Source of the DNA: Octopus sinensis | Lineage: Eukaryota | Direction of reading: 5' to 3' | DNA: 64,000 bases | Assembly (NCBI RefSeq): GCF_006345805.1 | Contig: NC_043010.1 | Location: 59,210,001 to 59,274,000 of the forward strand | Part shown: positions 23,336 to 36,870 of the stretch, piece after piece | Layout: the number at the start of each line of letters is the position of its first letter | Position numbering within the stretch: the stretch's first letter is position 1 | The notes under the pieces: generated by a model | Seen by the model: only the letters and a program-made list of their open reading frames with translations | Databases searched by the model: none | Told to the model about the DNA's origin: nothing | Translations under genes and position numbers: made by a program

Positions 23336-26300
23336 ATGTTACTGCCATTGACCTTTGTATTGTCGCTGGTCCACTGTGTCCTGACCATAGACCTTACCTA
23401 CCATGTGGAAGAAGAGAGAAGTCCAGGAACATATGTAGCAGACATTGCTGCCGATTCTAAACTTTTAGACAATGTTAAACCATCTGACCAACATTTGATA
23501 ACATTCAGTCAATTCAAACGAAAGGTGGCACAGTTATTTAATATCACCAAAACAGGTAAACTGTACACTGCTCAGACACTGGATGCAGAAGATCTCTGCA
23601 CATTCAACAAAGAATGTTCCAGAACTGTGAAAGTTATTATAAAGAAAATGGAATCATTCACAAAAATATTAAAAGTCAAAATTGTAATAGAAGATATCAA
23701 TGACCATGAACCAGAGTTTCCCAAAAGACAAATTTCTCTAAAATTTTCAGAAACGGATGGAAAGGGCACAAAACAATCAATACCAAATGCCATGGACAAA
23801 GATGTTGGATTTCAAAATTCCTTAATACAATATAAATTAAAATCAAAGAATGGCGAACCATTCTCTCTGTCAGTGTCTAAAAGAGCTGATGGTATTTCTT
23901 CTCTGAAAATAGTTTTAAAAGAATCCTTAGACAGAGAAATCAAGGATACATATTTATTACAGGTCATAGCTAAAGATGGAGGGTCACCAGCAAAACAAGG
24001 TATTCTAAATATAAATATCTCTGTGACAGATGTTAATGACAACCCACCTGTATTTTCTAAACCTCTATATAATATATCCATACAAAGCGCACATCACAAG
24101 TCTAAACCCATCATTGTTTTGTCTGTGACTGATGCTGATTCTGGGGAAAATGGTAAAATTACTTTCCACTTCAGTCCAAAGACATCAGATATAGCCAAAA
24201 GCTATTTTCAATTAAATGAAAGCAATGGGGACATTTTTGTAGGTAAATATTCTAATTTGGGTAAAAGGAAAACATATGATCTATTTATAGAGGCCAGAGA
24301 TGGGGGCAGCCCTCCTCTCAGTTCCATAGCAACTGTTCTGGTAAATGTTATCAACCAACACAATAATCCTCCCTCTATGGATATTGATTATGTCTCTGCA
24401 CTCAATTATAACACAGGTACCATCTCTGAAAACATCAAAGTTGGTAGTTTCATTGCTTATGTGATGGTCACTGACAATGATGTGGGACAAAATGGAGAGG
24501 TCAGCTGTGATATCAAACATGATACATTCAAACTACAGTCAATGGGATCTAAAGAATATAAAATCATTCTAAACAAACCAGTGGACAGAGAAACACAAGG
24601 ACACTATAACATTCCTGTCTCCTGTCAAGATAAAGGATTACCTCCTCTCAAAAGTGTTAAAAGCCTCTCTATCCAAGTGACTGACATCAACGATGTACAA
24701 CCACAGTTTACCAAAGATACATTCCAATTCCTCACCTACGAAAACAAAGATAAAGACTTCCCTATTGGTTTTGTCAATGCCACTGACCCTGATCTTGGAT
24801 CTGCTGGACAACTCACATATTCTCTGCTGCGTAAAGAAAAATCCAATCTCCCATTTCTCATCACCAGTTATGGCTTCATTTCAGCGACCATGTCATTGGA
24901 CAGAGAGAAACAAGATGTGTATAAGTTTGAGGTTTTTGTCAAAGATAATGGAAGCCCATCTCTGAATGACACAGCGAATGTTGTTGTTGAGATTCTAGAT
25001 CAAAATGACAATGCTCCGTATTTTACATATCCTAGTAGTGACCCTTACACGCTAAATGTGCAGTACCATCCGCAGAGTAAGAGTGACATCACAGTTTTGA
25101 GAGCGTCTGATGGGGACAGTGGAAACAATGCTTTCCTCAGATATGCAATCAAACAAGGAAATGGTAAACAGTTGTTTAGTATGAACTCACACAGTGGTGC
25201 TTTATCCTTCTCCAGACAAGTTTATCTAAATGATGCTGGAAGTTATGAGCTGGTGTTTGTTGTGAAGGACAGTGGTAGTCCAGTTCAGTCGTCAACAACT
25301 AGTGTCACTTTGGTATTGGCTGTTAGTAACGAGACATCACCAATGTCGAAGAGTGGACCTTTACAATCTTCAGGTCGGGTCCATATGACATGGGTTATTA
25401 TCATTGTATCATCAGCAGTAATAATATCAGTGGCTATTGTTGTTTCTATAACGCTGTGTATTATGAAATGTATTAAACACAGAGATAACACAGCTGCTTC
25501 CACAAAGAATACAGCCTACCAAGGTAGAGCAGAGATGAAACAATTGTTGTACCAGACTAACACTTCTGTTGCTATGTCGCGGAATGCAGAAGAGATGGTG
25601 AAGCGGAATATCTATTCTGAGAGATCCAAGAGTGAATGTTATGCAGAAGGTCAGCTACAGAACAAATATGAATCTTCAGTTCAGTCGAGAACTTTACCAA
25701 AACCTACCCCAGTAAGTGGAAACATTACATTTTCTCTCTGTAAAAGTGAACAATGAAATCTCTTTGAATATGTTTTAACTTCAATAATACATTCCAATAT
25801 TAAATTGTTCTCTATCAATGTTGATTGTAACTTCCATTGTTTGGTGTCTTCTCACATTTCTTTATCGTTTGTTTGTCAACAGAAATACTGTCAACCTGTT
25901 GTGGTGACATCAAGTGATGATGCTGTGGAAGATAATGCTACTATGGTTTGTAACTATACATCAGATACAATGTCATCCAAGAGAAGTGGTAGACAAGGAA
26001 ACTTGAAACATTACGAAGAAATACCAGGAGTATCAGGTTAATAACTACATTGACAATATTTTAAATCTTTTATCTCGTGAATGATCAACATTTTATTAGC
26101 AACATTTTCTGACAAAGAATTCATTTACTTTTTTGCTTAAGTGATTTTTACTGACTTTTTGTGATTATAACCTCCAGAATTGTTATTACATCTTTCTCAT
26201 TAAGCAATTAATTAAGGAAATCTGCAAGTCTGTGATTTTGTAATGCCTGTTTCCAATCTAAATTCCAGATCAAAATTTATATAAGAATAATGATGCAACT

Positions 26301-26345
26301 ACGTCGAAAGATTCCAGTGAAGAAACTCCAATCAAACATGTTTAA
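23336..26345 (+). CDS. PCDH: Protocadherin gene 3, join(23336..25711,25883..26036,26269..26345), ~868 aa
   Basis: 806 aa ORF; acceptor tttcag|23283; conserved splice sites; last exon DQNLYKNNDATTSKDSSEETPIKHV*. Confidence 0.93.
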
Positions 26346-26855
26346 TACTCCATGTAAATACAAGATATAGACTCTTCAGTACACACACACACACACACAC
26401 ATTTTGCTATATACGCTATATAAGAATACTGATCATCAAAGGCAAAAAGATAATATAGATAAGTTATTTTTTTCTTTTTTAATTATCCCTTGATTGCAAA
26501 ATAGGTGGGGTTTTTAGTATAATGAAAGAATATTTATTACACTCAATAGTACACCAAATTTTCTATGTTTTATTGATAATAATAACCAGAGATTATATTC
26601 TATATGGTTAGGCATGTTTACTCTGTCCTTTGCAGGGCTTGTGTAATTCTCCTTCTGATGGTGTAAAAGTACATAAGGGAGATTTTTTATTTATCCATGA
26701 GATGAAGTTACCTGACATCTTTGGAGTATTATTATTAACTATAAATGCTTTATAACTTAAGCTGGCAGCCACTGTGGGAAAGCATGATCATCACAACCTC
26801 TAAATATATGACCATGTTCATCAGGGAAAGAAATCAATATGAAGGGAGCAGCTTC

Positions 26856-27279
26856 ATTGGTCTCCTGTTTCGATCACTCGACCAATCAGATTCGGGATAA
26901 AACACACAACAATTCACTAACAAAGCCAAGCCTTCACATCACTAATGTTATTATCCCAAACAGTTATGTTCTGTTTCAGTATAAACAAAATTCTAGCTAT
27001 TTAAATATATATCCATGTAAATAGTAAACATCTTCTTTGAGGACAAATACATGCACAGAATACTATTAGGTGGACGTACTCCCACAAAACATACAACTTC
27101 AGTGACACATGCAACCCTCTCCTAGCAGCAGACTCTCTGCCTGACGTGCTACACTACTCCATCACCATAACAGCCATTGTCACACCATTACAGCAGCACT
27201 TACAATGGATCTTTCTACAACAATACATCTTTCTCTTTCTCACTGAATAACCAATGATATAATTATCAAAAAGGTAAGT
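26856..27279 (+). promoter_or_regulatory. Putative promoter + leader exon for gene 4 (copy C)
   Basis: ATTGG 26856, CCAAT 26882; block 27107..27273; donor 27274. Confidence 0.75.
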
Positions 27280-28099
27280 TTCTATTTAATCTTTTATAAT
27301 CTCGTCTGATATATTAAATCTTACTGAATCTGTAAAATATTGTTCTAGCATATTTAATACTATCAAGAGGACAAAGAGAATGTGTTTAATTTTTAAACAT
27401 TATCTCTTACAGAAACAATATTGTGTCTGTCTACATAATGTAGTTTTATAGTGTTTGTTTTTATTATAAGATGTTATGTTGTGTCTCCACAGTAGGTCGT
27501 ATGTGAAAGATATGTTAAGATGTTTGACATAAACTGTCATGAACTTGCTACAGTGTCATTAAATCCATTAGTAATTATGAAGTAATGGTGTGTTAATGAT
27601 TTTAATCTGAGTAAATGGTGAACAGACTAGGAGTCACGTCTATCAAATAAATAAATGGAAACCTAAATAAAGTGCTGAAGGAAAATGCAGTTTAATGTTA
27701 TTTTTTCAGTTGGAAACATAGATTTAAATATTTAGATTTTATTTCACTGTTGCCATTGTTTATGCTTATTTCCTGAAAATTCTTTTTCATTCTTCAGTCC
27801 TTAAATTTTGGTTCTTAGATAATGGATATTCTATTGCGTTTTCTCATCGTTACATAAACGAGCAAAGAACACAATCATTAGTTAGATGATTCTGTTTATT
27901 CAAGGTCTAGTTATTTTCTCTGAGTTTCAGATTCTTCTCTATCTTATGGTAATATGTATACCTTGGTTGTAGGTTAATAAAAGTTGGGAACACATGGCAA
28001 AGAAATTTCTGCAAGAATTAGTTGAGGTAAACAATTAGTTATAATGTTTAGAATAGTGTCTAAGAATTGAAATAGAGTGGTAATAAAAAGGGGAGATAG

Positions 28100-28205
28100 A
28101 GAAAGACAAGTAGTAGCAGTAGTAGTAGTAGCACCACCACCAGCAGCAGTAGCAGTAGTAGTAGTAGTAGTAGTAGTTGCAGCAGTAGCAGAAGGAGCAT
28201 AAGTA
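28100..28205. repeat. (GTA)n/(GCA)n trinucleotide microsatellite
   Basis: Directly visible gtagtagcagtagtagtag... Confidence 0.9.
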
Positions 28206-29023
28206 GTTGGGTGAGGATATTATTTGATGATGGTCAGTATTTGTGTTGATGAACATGTGTAATTAATAGGCCTTAGTGTCTTAAAAAAAAAAAGAAATTT
28301 TGCTACTTAATTCATTTAATCATGCTGTTCCCCTTGCATTATTTTTGGGACAGTTCTTGTACATAATGGCCTTAGTGCCTTAAAAAAATTTGCTGCTTAA
28401 TTAATTGGCAGCTTTCAATATGATTTAGTATGTAATTCTGTAGAGTAACATTGATATTCAGATAGAGAGAATATTTGCTGTACGGAAATGAAAAGCTAGC
28501 TTTTCAGGACCAATATATTTTCTGATTTTAAAGAAAATGGTATGATCATGCCTGCATCATTATCTATGCTAGGAGGATGAGTTGAAAAGTTTATATAATG
28601 TTTATATTATAGGACTTTTTTCTCGTGTTCCTTTCTGTTGAAGAGCATAGGCTTGAAACATAAAAGACTTTCTCATCTTCCCATATGTTAAATGAATACA
28701 CCTATTTGTTGTTTATACACCTGTCTTCATATTTTTTTTTGTAAATTGCAACTCTCTCTATATATATACATATATATATATACCAATTATATACGTTTTA
28801 TTTATTATTTTGCACATTACTTAATCATCATTATATTTTCTATCTTATATTTAATCTTTCTGTTATATGTAATTTTCTAGATGGTGTAATTTAATTTTTC
28901 ATTTTGAATTGATAAAAGATGTTTTCTTTTCTAATTTATATATATATATTATATTTTGTGAAATTTGATTCAGTATTTCTAAATTGAGTTTTTCCCTGTA
29001 AGTTTGGAATAATATTCCCTCAT

Positions 29024-29025
<2 letters not shown>

Positions 29026-29078
<53 letters not shown>

Positions 29079-29084
29079 GTATGT
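29026..29084. repeat. (TA)n microsatellite
   Basis: More than 20 uninterrupted TA units. Confidence 0.95.
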
Positions 29085-29989
29085 AAAACCAAGGAAACAA
29101 CACAAATGCGTCCTGAGTTAATGTAGGGAAAATCTTAAAGATGTGTCATTGACTTTTGAAATATACAAAATTTAAATATCTAATCAAATTAATTATGCCA
29201 ATTTCATACGTTAACTAAGCAGGAAAGTACACATGTATTTACACATTTGCATTCACATATATTTTACATATAACATATATATACCTATTTAGGCAAAATG
29301 AAAGACACGTTACTGGTATCTAACAGCACTTATTGTTCTTTGCTAAAACATGTGAAGTTCTGACTGCTCTCAGAAGGTTGCTGTGAGAGTGAAGCATCAG
29401 GTCACCAGTTGTTATAAAATGAGGAATAAGAATAATGGTTTCAAATTTTGGCACAGGGCTAGCAGTTTTTGAAGGGAGGAGGGAGTCAATTCCATCAACC
29501 CCGGTACCTGACTGCTACTCATTTTACCAACCCTGAAAGGATGAAAGGCAAAGTCAGCCTTGTTGGATTTGAACTTGGGACGTAAACATGAATGAACTGC
29601 CTCTAAGCATTTTGTCTGGTATTCTAATAATTCTGCCAGCTTACCATTTTAATGAAGAATAAGAATAATAAGGAGAGAGAGAATTGTTACTAGTTGTAAA
29701 ATATGAACGTTAAGGCAAAACTAAAATGTTTTCTTGATCAAGCTATGTTGCTTCTCATTCCTGAGCCACTTCACAAAGTGTTCTGGTGCATTTTTCACGG
29801 TAGAAGCACTAGAGAAGTTGTTATATGCATGATAAGACAAGACTGAAGCAGCTTCTCCAACCGGTAACGTTCCCACTCATCAGCCAACAGGTTTACTGTG
29901 TGCAGATTGTATTTTATCATGGCAGGCACCAGCAAAAGTGAGATTGCCTTGTACCCTGCAAAAAAAGAAGGGATCTTCACTACACTATG

Positions 29990-31525
29990 TTGTCTCTGTT
30001 TGTTGAGGGCAATGTGACCGAGTGGGATGATGAGAGGGTGATTGCAAATGAATCAGAGTGAGAGAAAGAAAGAAAAGAGAGTTTGATTGGAGGAAAATAG
30101 TGATTGGGGTGATGTTGTGGGGGAATAGGTAGAGATGGAAGTGACAGCACGAGAGGAGTAACGAGGAAAGATAGTAAAGGTAGGGTTTAACGACAGAGGT
30201 ATATGTTTGCCAGCAAAAGGAAAGCACAGGTGATGGAGAGTCAAAGAAGTGGCCAGTGGCAAGGGAGTGTGATGGATAGCAAGTAGATGAAAGGAGTGGT
30301 AGTGCAAGGGAGAGAGAGAGAGAGAGCATGAGTGATGAATAGTTGAGAAAGTGATGGAAAGAGAGTGATGAACATTAATAAAAGATTAACGAGAGGTAGA
30401 GGGAGAGACGGTAGATAAGCACAAGAAGGTAATTGGAGAGATACATAACCCCAATAGGCCCAGTGTAGGTCCTCACTACTTATGCATCATGATGGGAGTG
30501 AAACACTGAACCACGAGGGGCACTGTATGTTTACTGATAAGAAAGTATGGGTGTAGTTGTAGAAATGGTAATTGGTAAGTGTGATGGGTGGCATAATGAA
30601 AAGAATAAGAGAGAGAGTAACAGAGATGAGAGAATTCAAATGATATCAGATGGGGGCTTAGCAGAAACAAAACGGGCAAAGGATCTAAATATATTACATA
30701 TCTCAACTTCCATTGCTCCAAATCCATCTTAATATAGATTTTGCCAAACTTGTACAAGTGGTTGGATTTTCTCCAGCATTGCACGTTGCCAGGCAACACA
30801 GTCCTTTGTCATCTCTGTGAAATGCAACATCATGATCTTCCAAATCTGCAGGCCCAGCTCACTTTGAGCTCTCAGTACTTGCTCATACATCTGTCCTCCA
30901 TATTCGTTGCTGGCCCATACAAGTGCAGTTGTTTCACGTGCAAATTACATCTGATCTCTCTTCTACTCAGCTTTTCTCTCAGCTCGTTTGTACTTTGGTG
31001 TCCATACATATTAACATAATATATCCAAAAGAGCATGTTTGTTTTATTTCTTTTCTGGTTTTTGAAAATCCTCTATATTTATGTCTTTATTGCCCACATG
31101 GGACAAAACATAGAGAGGACAAACGAGGACAGACAAATGGATTAAGTTGATTACATTGACACCAGTGCATAACTGGTACTTATTTAATCGACTCCGAAAG
31201 GATGAAAGGTAAAGTCAACCTCGACGGAATTTGAACTCAGAACGTAACAGCAGACAAAATACTGCAAAGCATTTCGGCTGTCGAGCTACGTTTCTGCCAG
31301 CTCGCTGCCTCTCTATGCAAAGTTTATAGCTCACTGCCATGCAGCATTGCACTTGGCACACAAGCACCATGCACTCTGCCTATCACTCTGAAGAGAAGCT
31401 CTTTGGTGCCAGCAGAGATAATAGTATCATGATCATTATTTAACATAGATACTCTAATTTTAGAGCACCCCCCACCACAGCAAAGTAAGTCACCTAGTTA
31501 ATAGAAACTATCGACTACTTCTAGG
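29990..31525 (-). mobile_element. Decayed RTE-like LINE 3' part on the minus strand, interrupted by a SINE
   Basis: Reverse complement starts cctagaagtagtcgatagtttctattaactaggtgac (LEVVDSF..LGD), matching the 9660 region; purine-rich 29990-30700 corresponds to a pyrimidine-rich 3' UTR. Confidence 0.7.
31080..31310 (-). mobile_element. tRNA-derived SINE nested in the LINE remnant
   Basis: Reverse complement ggcagcgagctggcagaaacgtagc...gttctgagttcaaattcc...ctttcatcctttcggagtcgattaaataagtaccag...gtgggcaataaaga. Confidence 0.8.
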
Positions 31526-31681
31526 AAAGAATTTGAGTGTGTATATATTTCAATGTACCTGCCTGATAAATTATGAAAAAAAAATATTCATTATTAATAA
31601 AAATTGATTATATATTTTTATTTTAGGTTCATATATAGGCATATCTGGACATCCTTTGGTGAACTGTCAATGAACAACAAT

Positions 31682-34600
31682 ATGTTCCTGTCGTTGTCCA
31701 TTCTATTGTCAATGGTCCACTGTGTCCTGACCATAGACCTTACCTACCATGTGGAAGAAGAGAGAAGTCCAGGAACATATGTAGCAGACATTGCTGCCGA
31801 TTCTAAACTTTTAGACAATGTTAAACCATCTGACCAACATTTGATAACATTCAGTCAATTCAAACGAAAGGTGGCACAGTTATTTAATATCACCAAAACA
31901 GGTAAACTTTACACTGCTCAGACACTGGATGCAGAAGATCTCTGCACGTTCAACAAAGAATGTTCCAGAACTATGAAGGTTGTTGTCAATAAAGGAACCA
32001 GTGTTTCAAAAATATTAAAAATCAAAATAGTAATAGAGGACATCAATGACCATCACCCTGAATTTCCAAAAGCTCAAATTTCTTTGAAGTTCTCTGAGAC
32101 AGATGGAAAAGGCACAAAACAATCTCTGCCAAATGCTATGGACAAAGATGTAGGATTCGAAAATTCATTAATACAATATAAATTAAAATCAAAGAATGGA
32201 GAACCATTCTCTCTGTCAGTGTCTAAAAGAGCGGATGGTATTTCTTCTCTTAATATGGTTTTAAAAGAATCATTAGATAGAGAAATCAAAGATACATATT
32301 TATTACAGGTCATAGCTAAAGATGGAGGTTCACCAGCAAAACAAGGGACTTTGAATATAAATATCTCTGTAACAGATGAAAATGACAACCTACCAGAGTT
32401 TTCTAAACCTTTATATAATATATCCATACAAAGCACACATCACAAGTCTAAACCCATCATTGTTTTATCTGTAACGGATGCTGATTCTGGTGAAAATGGT
32501 AAAATTACTTTCCATTTCAGTCCAAAGACATCAGATCTAGCAAAAAGCTATTTTCAGTTAAATGAAACTAGTGGAAGCATTTTATTAAGCAAATATACTA
32601 GTCTAAGTAAAAAAAAAACTTATGAATTGTTTATAGAAGCGAGGGATGGGGGCACTCCACCCTTTAGTTCTATAGCAACAGTTCTGGTAAATATTATCAA
32701 TCAACACAACAATCCTCCATCTATTGATATTGATTATGTTTCTGCAATCAATGACAACACAGCTACCATCTCTGAAAACATCAAAGTCGGTAGTTTCATT
32801 GCTTATGTGATGGTCACTGACAATGATGTGGGACAAAATGGAGAGGTCAGCTGTGATATCAAACATGATACGTTCAAACTACAGTCAATGGGATCTAAAG
32901 AATATAAAATCATTCTAAACAAACCAGTGGACAGAGAAACACAAGGACACTATAACATTCCTGTCTCCTGTCAAGATAAAGGATTACCTCCTCTTAAAAG
33001 TGTTAAAAGCCTCTCTATCCAAGTGACTGACATCAACGATGTACAACCACAGTTCACCAAAGATACATTCCAATTCCTCACCTACGAAAACAAAGATAAA
33101 GACTTCCCTATTGGTTTTGTCAATGCCACTGACCCTGATCTTGGATCTGCTGGACAACTCACGTATTCTCTGCTGCGTAAAGAAAAATCCAATCTCCCAT
33201 TTCTCATCACCAGTTATGGCTTCATTTCAGCGACCATGTCATTGGACAGAGAGAAACAAGATGTGTATAAGTTTGAGGTTTTTGTCAAAGACAATGGAAG
33301 CCCATCTCTGAATGACACAGCGAATGTTGTTGTTGAGATTCTAGATCAAAATGACAATGCTCCGTATTTTACATATCCTAGTAGTGACCCTTACACGCTA
33401 AATGTGCAGTACCATCCGCAGAGTAAGAGTGACATCACAGTTTTGAGAGCCTCTGATGGGGACAGTGGAAACAATGCTTTCCTCAGATATGCAATCATAC
33501 AAGGAAATGATAAACAGTTGTTTAGTATGAACTCACACAGTGGTGCTTTATCCTTCTCCAGACAAGTTTATCTAAATGATGCTGGAAGTTATGAGCTGGT
33601 GTTTGTTGTGAAGGACAGTGGTAGTCCAGTTCAGTCGTCAACAACTAGTGTCACTTTGGTATTGGCTGTTAGTAATGAGACATCACCAATGTCGAAGAGT
33701 GGACCTTTACAATCTTCAGGTCGGGTCCATATGACATGGGTTATTATCATTGTATCATCAGCAGTAATAATATCAGTGGCTATTGTTGTTTCTATAACGC
33801 TGTGTATTATGAAATGTATTAAACACAGAGATAACACAGCTGCTGCCACAAAGAATACAGCCTACCAAGGTAGAGCAGAGATGAAACAATTGTTGTACCA
33901 GACTAACACTTCTGTTGCTATGTCGAGGAATGCAGAAGAGATGGTGAAGCGGAATATCTATTCTGAGAGATCCAAGAGTGAATGTTATGCAGAAGGTCAG
34001 CTACAGAACAAATATGAATCTTCAGTTCAGTCGAGAACTTTACCAAAACCTACCCCAGTAAGTGGAAACATTAATATTTTCTCTCTGTAAAAGTGAACAA
34101 TGAAATCTCTTTGAATATGTTTTAACTTCAATAATACATTCCAATATTAAATTGTTCTCTATCCATGTTGATTGTAACTTCCATTGTTTGGTGTCTTCTC
34201 ACATTTCTTTATCGTTTGTTTGTCAACAGAAATACTGTCAACCTGTTGTGGTGACATCAAGTGATGATGCTGTGGAAGATAATGCTACTATGGTTTGTAA
34301 CTATACATCAGATACAATGTCATCCAAGAGAAGTGGTAGACATGGAGACTTGAAACATTATGAAGAAATACCAGGAGTATCAGGTTAATAACTATTATGT
34401 TGTTTTTTTTTTTATCTTGATATCACCTCAAATATATAATTATCTTTAGAACTATTTCCAAACTATACAGAGTTGTGTGTGAGTACAAATTACTAATTAC
34501 ATTTCCGTTTCTGATCCTCATTCATGTAAGAATTCAATTTTGAAACTTTGCTTTCTCATCCCTTCCAATAATTTATTTTGCATAGTTACATATTCAAAAA

Positions 34601-34777
34601 CATTCTTATTTTATGATTTTCGATTTAAATTTTGGGAACCAATTTAATTCAAACATGATTATATGAATAACTTTAAAAATATTTTCTATCTTAATTTCAG
34701 ATCAAAGTATTTATAAAAACAATGATACATCAACATCAAAAGATTCTAGTGAAGAAACACCAGTGAAACATGTCTAA
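31682..34777 (+). CDS. PCDH: Protocadherin gene 4, join(31682..34057,34230..34383,34701..34777), ~868 aa (alternative in-frame ATG at 31670)
   Basis: The ORF-track start (31604) lies in the intron upstream of acceptor ttttag|31627; ATG 31682 is homologous to the other starts; last exon DQSIYKNNDTSTSKDSSEETPVKHV*. Confidence 0.92.
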
Positions 34778-35274
34778 TGTTTTTATTGTTACACCCATTT
34801 TTTTGTTTTTTTCTTTACTGTCTATAAAACTGCAGATTCCAAATAACAGTTTGCTAAAAAGCATCAACATTTCTCCAGTTAAATATGATATTCTGTAATT
34901 CTACAGACTTAGAGTTTCATATTCAACTGAAATAATTAATGTAATTCATAAGGATTATTATTATAATATTTTTAAGTTAGTAAATGAAAAATCAGAATAA
35001 TCAGATTTTTATTGTAATTCTGAAATGTACGCTCCAAATAGTATAATTCTATAAATTGATACAAGGTTAGAAGCAGAACAAATATTGTTCTGTGATTTAA
35101 AAGTTTGGTAATTTTGATTAAAACCTAAGCACTGATGTTTTCTACAACTTTACCAAATATAAAGTAAAAACAATATCTAGTTATCTGCATTAACCTGGAG
35201 GAGGGCATGATTAACACCAGATTCTTTTTTTACTGCCTCTTCAAAACAAATCTATGTAAAAAAAGAACCTCTTC

Positions 35275-35681
35275 ATTGGTCTTCTGTCACGATCATTCAA
35301 CCAATCAAATCCACAATAAAACATAGAAAAAATTCACTAACAAAGCTAAGCACTCACATTGCTGATGTTTTTAAGCCAAACAATTATGTTCTGTTTCACT
35401 CTGTAATATTGTAACTGCTCAAATATATACCTAAATAACAAACATCATCTTTAAGGATAAATACACACAGGATATTATTAGGTGGATGTACTCCTGCAAA
35501 CATACAACACATGCAACCCTCTCCTAGCAGCAGACTCTCTGCCTGACGTGCTACACTACTCCATCACCATAACAGCCATTGTCACACCATTACAGCAGCA
35601 CTTACAATGGATCTTTCTACAACAATACATCTTTCTCTTTCTCACTGAATAACCAATGATATAATTACTAAAAAGGTAAGT
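35275..35681 (+). promoter_or_regulatory. Putative promoter + leader exon for gene 5 (copy D)
   Basis: ATTGG 35275, CCAAT 35301; block 35509..35675; donor 35676; lacks the 9 nt ttcagtgac that precedes the block in other copies. Confidence 0.75.
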
Positions 35682-36529
35682 TTCTATTTAATTTTTTTAT
35701 AATCTCATTTTTGTAATAAATCTCACTGATTTAATACATATAGTATTTACTTAATACATATGGTATTAACAAGAGAACAAAGACATTGAACAATAATCCA
35801 CACGTATTTTTCAGAAATGTTTCCTTTATTGTTTTCTACCACGATTAATTGAATGATGTTGATTCAAATGTTTATTACATATCTTTTATTCAACTGGAAC
35901 AGTATTCTTTGTTTCTGTATGATATTTGTTACATAGATTGATCAATAGCAATAGAAAGCAGTCTGTAAATGTAGAATGTCTAATCATTTTACTTTAAGAT
36001 TTTTTGCTTTATAAATATATAGTTGATCTACTTCTATGGTTGATGGCATATGAAATTTTGGGTATAAAATATTAAGAAACATGATACAATATGTTTAAAC
36101 ATCGTTACAGTGCATAGATTGTTAGCAGTGACATGTTGGATGTGTGTAGACATTTCTAGTTGGGAATAATGGAGGACAGGTTGAGAGTCGGAGTTGCTGA
36201 GCTATTAATGCAAATGGCAGAATGTTGTAACGAATCTTTAATTAATCTAATGCAGATGAAGATTTCAGTTTTAATGTTAGTAACATACTTAAGTTGAATT
36301 GTAGAAATATATATCATTTTAAAATATACAAATAGTCACATTTCAATTCTTATCAGGACATAAAGACAATATTGTTTTTACATAGAAATTTTTTTCTAAT
36401 CTTTTTGTGATTTCTTTCAACACAATTTTTACTCAGTCTTGCTTTAGATTTTCTTTTATGAATGTTAGATTATTTTTAATGTACTCATATCTAAATTATG
36501 GTCTAGATTTTTGAAGTAATTATCTATAG

Positions 36530-36870
36530 GTGCATGGCTCAATGACTAGAGCGATGGGCTCAAAATCATAAGGTAGAGAGTTCAATTCCCAGACCAGGCT
36601 GTGTGTTGTGTTTTTGGGCATGGCACTTTATTTCACGCTGCTCCAGTTCACTCGGTTGTAGAAATGAATTGTGACATCAATGGTGCCAAGCTGTATCATG
36701 GTCCCTTGGCCTTTCCCTTGGATAACATTAGCAGTGTGGGAAGGGGAGGCTGGTATGCATGGGCGACTGCTGGTCTTCCATAAACAACCTTGCCTGGACT
36801 TGTGCCATGGAGGGGAAGTTTCTAGGTGCAGTCCTATGGTCATTCATGACTGAAGGGGGTCTTTACCCTT
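36530..36870 (+). mobile_element. tRNA-derived SINE
   Basis: A-box-like tggctcaatgactagagc, B-box-like gagttcaattcc; absent from the paralogous interval near 16900-17180. Confidence 0.7.

Noticed and set aside
31604-31681. N-terminal extensions of genes 4 and 7 (also 57929-58012)
   Set aside because: They begin upstream of the conserved splice acceptors and have no counterpart in paralogs.
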